Below are positions 61,945-64,000 of a DNA stretch of 64,000 bases, in pieces. Under the pieces are notes generated by a model, which worked only from the letters and a program-made list of their open reading frames with translations, searched no databases and was not told the origin of the DNA. Numbering within the stretch: the first letter of the stretch is position 1; each line of letters opens with the position of its first letter. Source of the DNA: Oscillospiraceae bacterium. GTDB lineage: Bacteria; Bacillota; Clostridia; Oscillospirales; Acutalibacteraceae. The position numbers and the translations under genes were made by a program. The stretch covers positions 14,635 through 78,634 of the forward strand of contig JAISJQ010000025.1 in assembly GCA_031261445.1 (NCBI GenBank), written 5' to 3'.

Positions 61945-63207
61945 TTACGGTATGTACTCAAACACCAGCCCGGCCACGCAGACTGTGTCGCCTTCTTGCA
62001 GGCCTGCGGCGAAGAGCTCGTCCATCACGCCGCTGGTCTGTAGCACGCGCTGAAAGTATTGCAGGGACTCAAAGTCGTCCATGTCCACCCGCGCGAGCAC
62101 CCGCGCCAGCCATTCGGCCTCCACGTAGTATTCGCCGTCCTCCACCGTCACGGTGAACTGTCCGGCTCTTTCTTCTTTGAGCGGCAACGGTTCGGGCGCG
62201 TAGATCTTCACGGGCGGGAGCGTGGCCAACAGCGCGGCCGTGGCCTGCATGAGCTCTTTTGTGCCCATGCCGATGGGGGCGCAGATTTCGTAGAACGGCA
62301 GCGTTTGCGCCGTGCAATAGTCCTGCACGCGCTGTAGCTGCTCCTGCGTGGCGCAGTCGATTTTGTTCAGCGCGACAATCTGCGGCAACCGCGCCAGTTC
62401 CGGCTGAAAGGCCGCCAGCTCCGCATTGATTTTCTCAAAGTCCTCCAGCGGGTCGCGTCCCTCTGTCCCCGCCGCATCGAGCACGTGGATGAGCATACGA
62501 CAACGCTCCACGTGGCGCAGGAACGCGTGCCCCAGCCCCGTGCCGTCGCTCGCGCCCTCAATCAAGCCGGGAATATCCGCCATCACAAAGCTTGTGCCCT
62601 CGGCAATGCGCACCACACCCAACACGGGCGAGAGCGTGGTGAAGTGGTAATCGGCCACCACGGGCTTGGCCTGACTGACCGTGGCCAGCAGCGAGCTCTT
62701 GCCCACGTTGGGGAAGCCCAGCAGCCCCACATCGGCCAGCAACTTCAGCTCCAGCGTGATTTCCCAGCTCTCGCCTTGTGCGCCGGATTTGGCAAAGCGC
62801 GGCGCTTGCCGCACGGCAGAGGCAAAGTGGGTGTTGCCCCAACCGCCCCGTCCGCCGCGGGCGATGACCACCGGCTCGCCGTCGGACATGTCCGCCATCA
62901 CCGCGCCGCTCTCGGCCTCGCGCACCAGCGTCCCCACGGGCACGCGGATGATGAGATCGTCCGCCGATCGACCCGATCGCCGCCCCGCTTCGCCCGGCTT
63001 GCCGCTGTCGGCCTTGTAGGCGCGTCTGTAACGGAAATCCGCCAGCGTGGACAGGTTGGAATCGGTTTGGAGCACTATGTTGCCGCCTTTGCCGCCGTCG
63101 CCGCCGTCTGGACCGCCAGAGGCCACGTATTTCTCGCGGTGAAAGCTAACTTTGCCGTCGCCGCCCGCGCCAGCCGTCACGCGAATTTTCGCTGTATCCA
63201 CAAACAT
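61945..63207 (-). CDS. obgE: GTPase ObgE/CgtA
   Basis: MFVDTAKIRVTAGAGGDGKVSFHREKY N-terminus, GFPNVGKSSLL motif, and a C-terminal OCT domain. Confidence 0.96.
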   Translation of the reverse strand: MFVDTAKIRVTAGAGGDGKVSFHREKYVASGGPDGGDGGKGGNIVLQTDSNLSTLADFRYRRAYKADSGKPGEAGRRSGRSADDLIIRVPVGTLVREAESGAVMADMSDGEPVVIARGGRGGWGNTHFASAVRQAPRFAKSGAQGESWEITLELKLLADVGLLGFPNVGKSSLLATVSQAKPVVADYHFTTLSPVLGVVRIAEGTSFVMADIPGLIEGASDGTGLGHAFLRHVERCRMLIHVLDAAGTEGRDPLEDFEKINAELAAFQPELARLPQIVALNKIDCATQEQLQRVQDYCTAQTLPFYEICAPIGMGTKELMQATAALLATLPPVKIYAPEPLPLKEERAGQFTVTVEDGEYYVEAEWLARVLARVDMDDFESLQYFQRVLQTSGVMDELFAAGLQEGDTVCVAGLVFEYIP

Positions 63208-63273
63208 AAAAAGCCCTCATGCCTTCGTCAATCTACTAGAAGCCGCTTGTCTGGGACAAACGGCCTGTATACT

Positions 63274-63302
63274 ATTGTAACCGATTTACAGATATTTTGC
63301 AA
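63274..63302 (-). promoter_or_regulatory. promoter of obg
   Basis: On the minus strand: TTGCAA, 17-nt spacer, TACAAT. Confidence 0.55.
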
Positions 63303-63338
63303 TACTAGATGCCAGATTTTGAAATTAGACGTTTGTGG

Positions 63339-63434
63339 GTAGGGGCGGATAGCATCCGCCCGTGGTCTAGCAGAGGACAGAAATCAGAAGACAGAGGGCA
63401 GATTTGCGCCTTCTGCCCTCTGACATCTGATCTC
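63339..63434. repeat. GTAG hairpin plus inverted CAGARRN / CTCTG heptad arrays reaching the htrA stop
   Basis: GTAGGGGCGGATagcATCCGCCCG (63339-63362), cagagga/cagaaat/cagaaga/cagaggg/caga (63371-63402), ttctgccctctgacatctgatctc (63411-63434). Confidence 0.85.
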
Positions 63435-64000
63435 TAATTCGTTTCTTCCACCAAAGTGTGCGTGAGCTTCGTCTCTTCACCGTCACGTTGCACGGTGATC
63501 TGTATTTTTTCGCCGGGCTTTTTGCCGCTGAGGGCGCTGCTGAAGTCGGCCTGCGTGTCGATGCTCTTGCCGTCCACGTCCACAATGCGGTCACCGCGCT
63601 GGAACTGCGCGTCCGTGCTCTGCGCGATATACAGCCCCGCTTCGCTCACGCGGTACTGCATGGCCGAGAACATGTCGCTCACCTCCACCAGCTGGAAGGG
63701 ATTGGCCACCCGCCCGGTGACGTAGCCGTGGGCGATGATGTCCTCAATGACCAGTTTGGCCGTGTCGATGGGGATGGCAAAGCCCAGTCCCTCAATGCCC
63801 GTGCCCGAAGACTTGGCGTTGACGATACCGATGAGCTCGCCGTGGGCATTGAACAGACCGCCGCCGCTGTTGCCGGGATTAATGGCCGCGCTGGTTTGCA
63901 ACAGGTTCATAGTGGCGTTGTCGATGGTGACCGCGCGATCCAGCGCACTGATGATGCCCTCGGTGACCGTACCGCCCAGCTCGCCCAGCGGGTTGCCGAT
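63434..64000 (-). CDS. htrA: HtrA/DegP-family serine protease, C-terminal part (protease core end plus PDZ); 5' end outside window
   Basis: The frame stays open to 64000 (..GNPLGELGGTVTEGIISAL..). GNSGGGLFN catalytic Ser motif and a PDZ domain. Confidence 0.85.
   Translation of the reverse strand: MGNPLGELGGTVTEGIISALDRAVTIDNATMNLLQTSAAINPGNSGGGLFNAHGELIGIVNAKSSGTGIEGLGFAIPIDTAKLVIEDIIAHGYVTGRVANPFQLVEVSDMFSAMQYRVSEAGLYIAQSTDAQFQRGDRIVDVDGKSIDTQADFSSALSGKKPGEKIQITVQRDGEETKLTHTLVEETN

Overview
High-GC chromosomal segment (by eye about 60-65% GC in coding DNA). The gene set looks Firmicutes/Clostridia-like: ylxR, yqzL, ylbF, an LCP protein, and the order rimP-nusA-ylxR-infB-rbfA-nrnA. About 55 protein genes are supportable. 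They are: a translation/ribosome-biogenesis operon (2090-8823, interrupted by a sugar O-acetyltransferase), an LRR surface protein, a HAD phosphatase, an LCP protein, yqzL-recO-dnaA, and a convergent 891-aa primase-polymerase(AEP)-like / SF2 helicase / PLD-like fusion. Next come a co-directional string of CDF exporter, ABC-2 exporter and Sfp-type PPTase, then rarA, argG, an XRE regulator, mgtA, a 918-aa Big_3/Big_2 surface protein, an orphan OmpR-type regulator, aroQ-ispD, an LMW phosphatase, asnB and uvrB. The rest are a glpA-like FAD oxidoreductase trio plus tagD, a secreted glycan-degradation cluster, gltX, mutS, ylbF, a RelE-type toxin / antitoxin / DUF2442 triad, obg and the 3' part of htrA. 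I recognised no rRNA, tRNA, CRISPR array, transposase or integrase. The most unusual property is non-coding. Most intergenic spacers are assembled from five heptanucleotide-periodic arrays plus a GTAG-headed GC-rich hairpin (REP-like) whose stem varies between copies but stays complementary. These parts are arranged as nested inverted repeats and often overlap the stop codons of flanking genes. Other points of interest are low-GC orphan genes (24765-25658, 34615-35352, 8879-9688, TA islet 61121-61831), a dnaA with no dnaN or DnaA-box cluster nearby, a recurrent 42-nt promoter-proximal motif at five genes, and a G6 tract that disconnects the glpA-like ORF from its ATG/RBS. All calls come from reading the sequence and the ORF translations. 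No database search was run, and GC statements are eyeball estimates.
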